DNA of 62,830 nucleotides, counting the filler, from Octopus bimaculoides (lineage: Eukaryota): NCBI RefSeq assembly GCF_001194135.2. It is 6 parts of 6 records of this genome, joined end to end, with 100 filler letters (N's around TTAATTAATTAA, not from the genome) between each part and the next. Parts side by side here need not be neighbours in the genome. Positions count along the whole stretch, not along the records: positions 57,943 to 62,830 come from NC_069005.1; 5 more parts are not named here. One strand, written 5' to 3'. The notes beneath the pieces were generated by a model, which was given only the letters and a program-made list of their open reading frames with translations, did not search any database and had not been told where the DNA came from. Every line of letters begins with the position of its first letter. Positions within the stretch are counted from its first letter, which is position 1. The position numbers were made by a program, and so were the translations under genes. Shown in pieces: positions 62,421-62,830 of the stretch.

Positions 62421-62830
62421 TGATTTTCATTTGCATTGTTGTTGTTACTGTTGTTTCGGTGTTTGGTAGTAGTAGTAGTAGTAGTAGTAGTGGAAAGGTG
62501 AGAAATCGGTGTCAAAACATCTGCTCTGATATCTGGTTTCACCTCCTTGGCAATTTGCCGAAAAATTCGACGCCATGTTTAGTTACTTTTTTCTTCTTCA
62601 TAAATTGTGTAAATTTTTAGAAAATAAAAACATAAATTCTGCCAGGAAGAGCGAAATTTTAACAAAGCCAACTAGCCTCAGAGGACGCTATATGGCTTAT
62701 TAACACGATGGCACAGCAAAAATACAAATAACTTTCTTTAAAACAACAAATTCAATAACACCTCACGAGCTCCTTGCAAGCACAATAACAACAACAACAA
62801 CAATACATTTTCCTTTCTACTATAGCCACA

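Overview
AT-rich, microsatellite-saturated animal genomic DNA from a draft assembly. About 8 kb is N, by my rough hand count. The repeat families look cephalopod (Octopus-like); this is inference from remembered repeat sequences, not a database result. Nearly all long ORFs in the supplied track are artefacts of N runs or simple repeats. The window is mostly intronic or intergenic and is filled with several tRNA-derived SINE families, MITEs (including a piggyBac-type TTAA element), mariner/Tc1 relics, and decayed RTE, R4/Dong, Tx1/L1 and Gypsy fragments. Two minus-strand spliced coding chains are supported only by splice signals and phase continuity, and I do not recognise either protein. One has four exons at 9133-13158 and encodes a two-hydrophobic-helix protein. 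The other has two exons at 21175-26203. An ETS+YY1 promoter-like site lies at about 17430. The most notable signal is a set of minimal type-I hammerhead ribozyme motifs (stem I - CUGANGA - extra A - stem II - GAAAC-GUH - stem I) in at least three repeat families. One of these is a tRNA-headed SINE carrying a hammerhead, present as a head-to-head inverted pair at 30320-30720.
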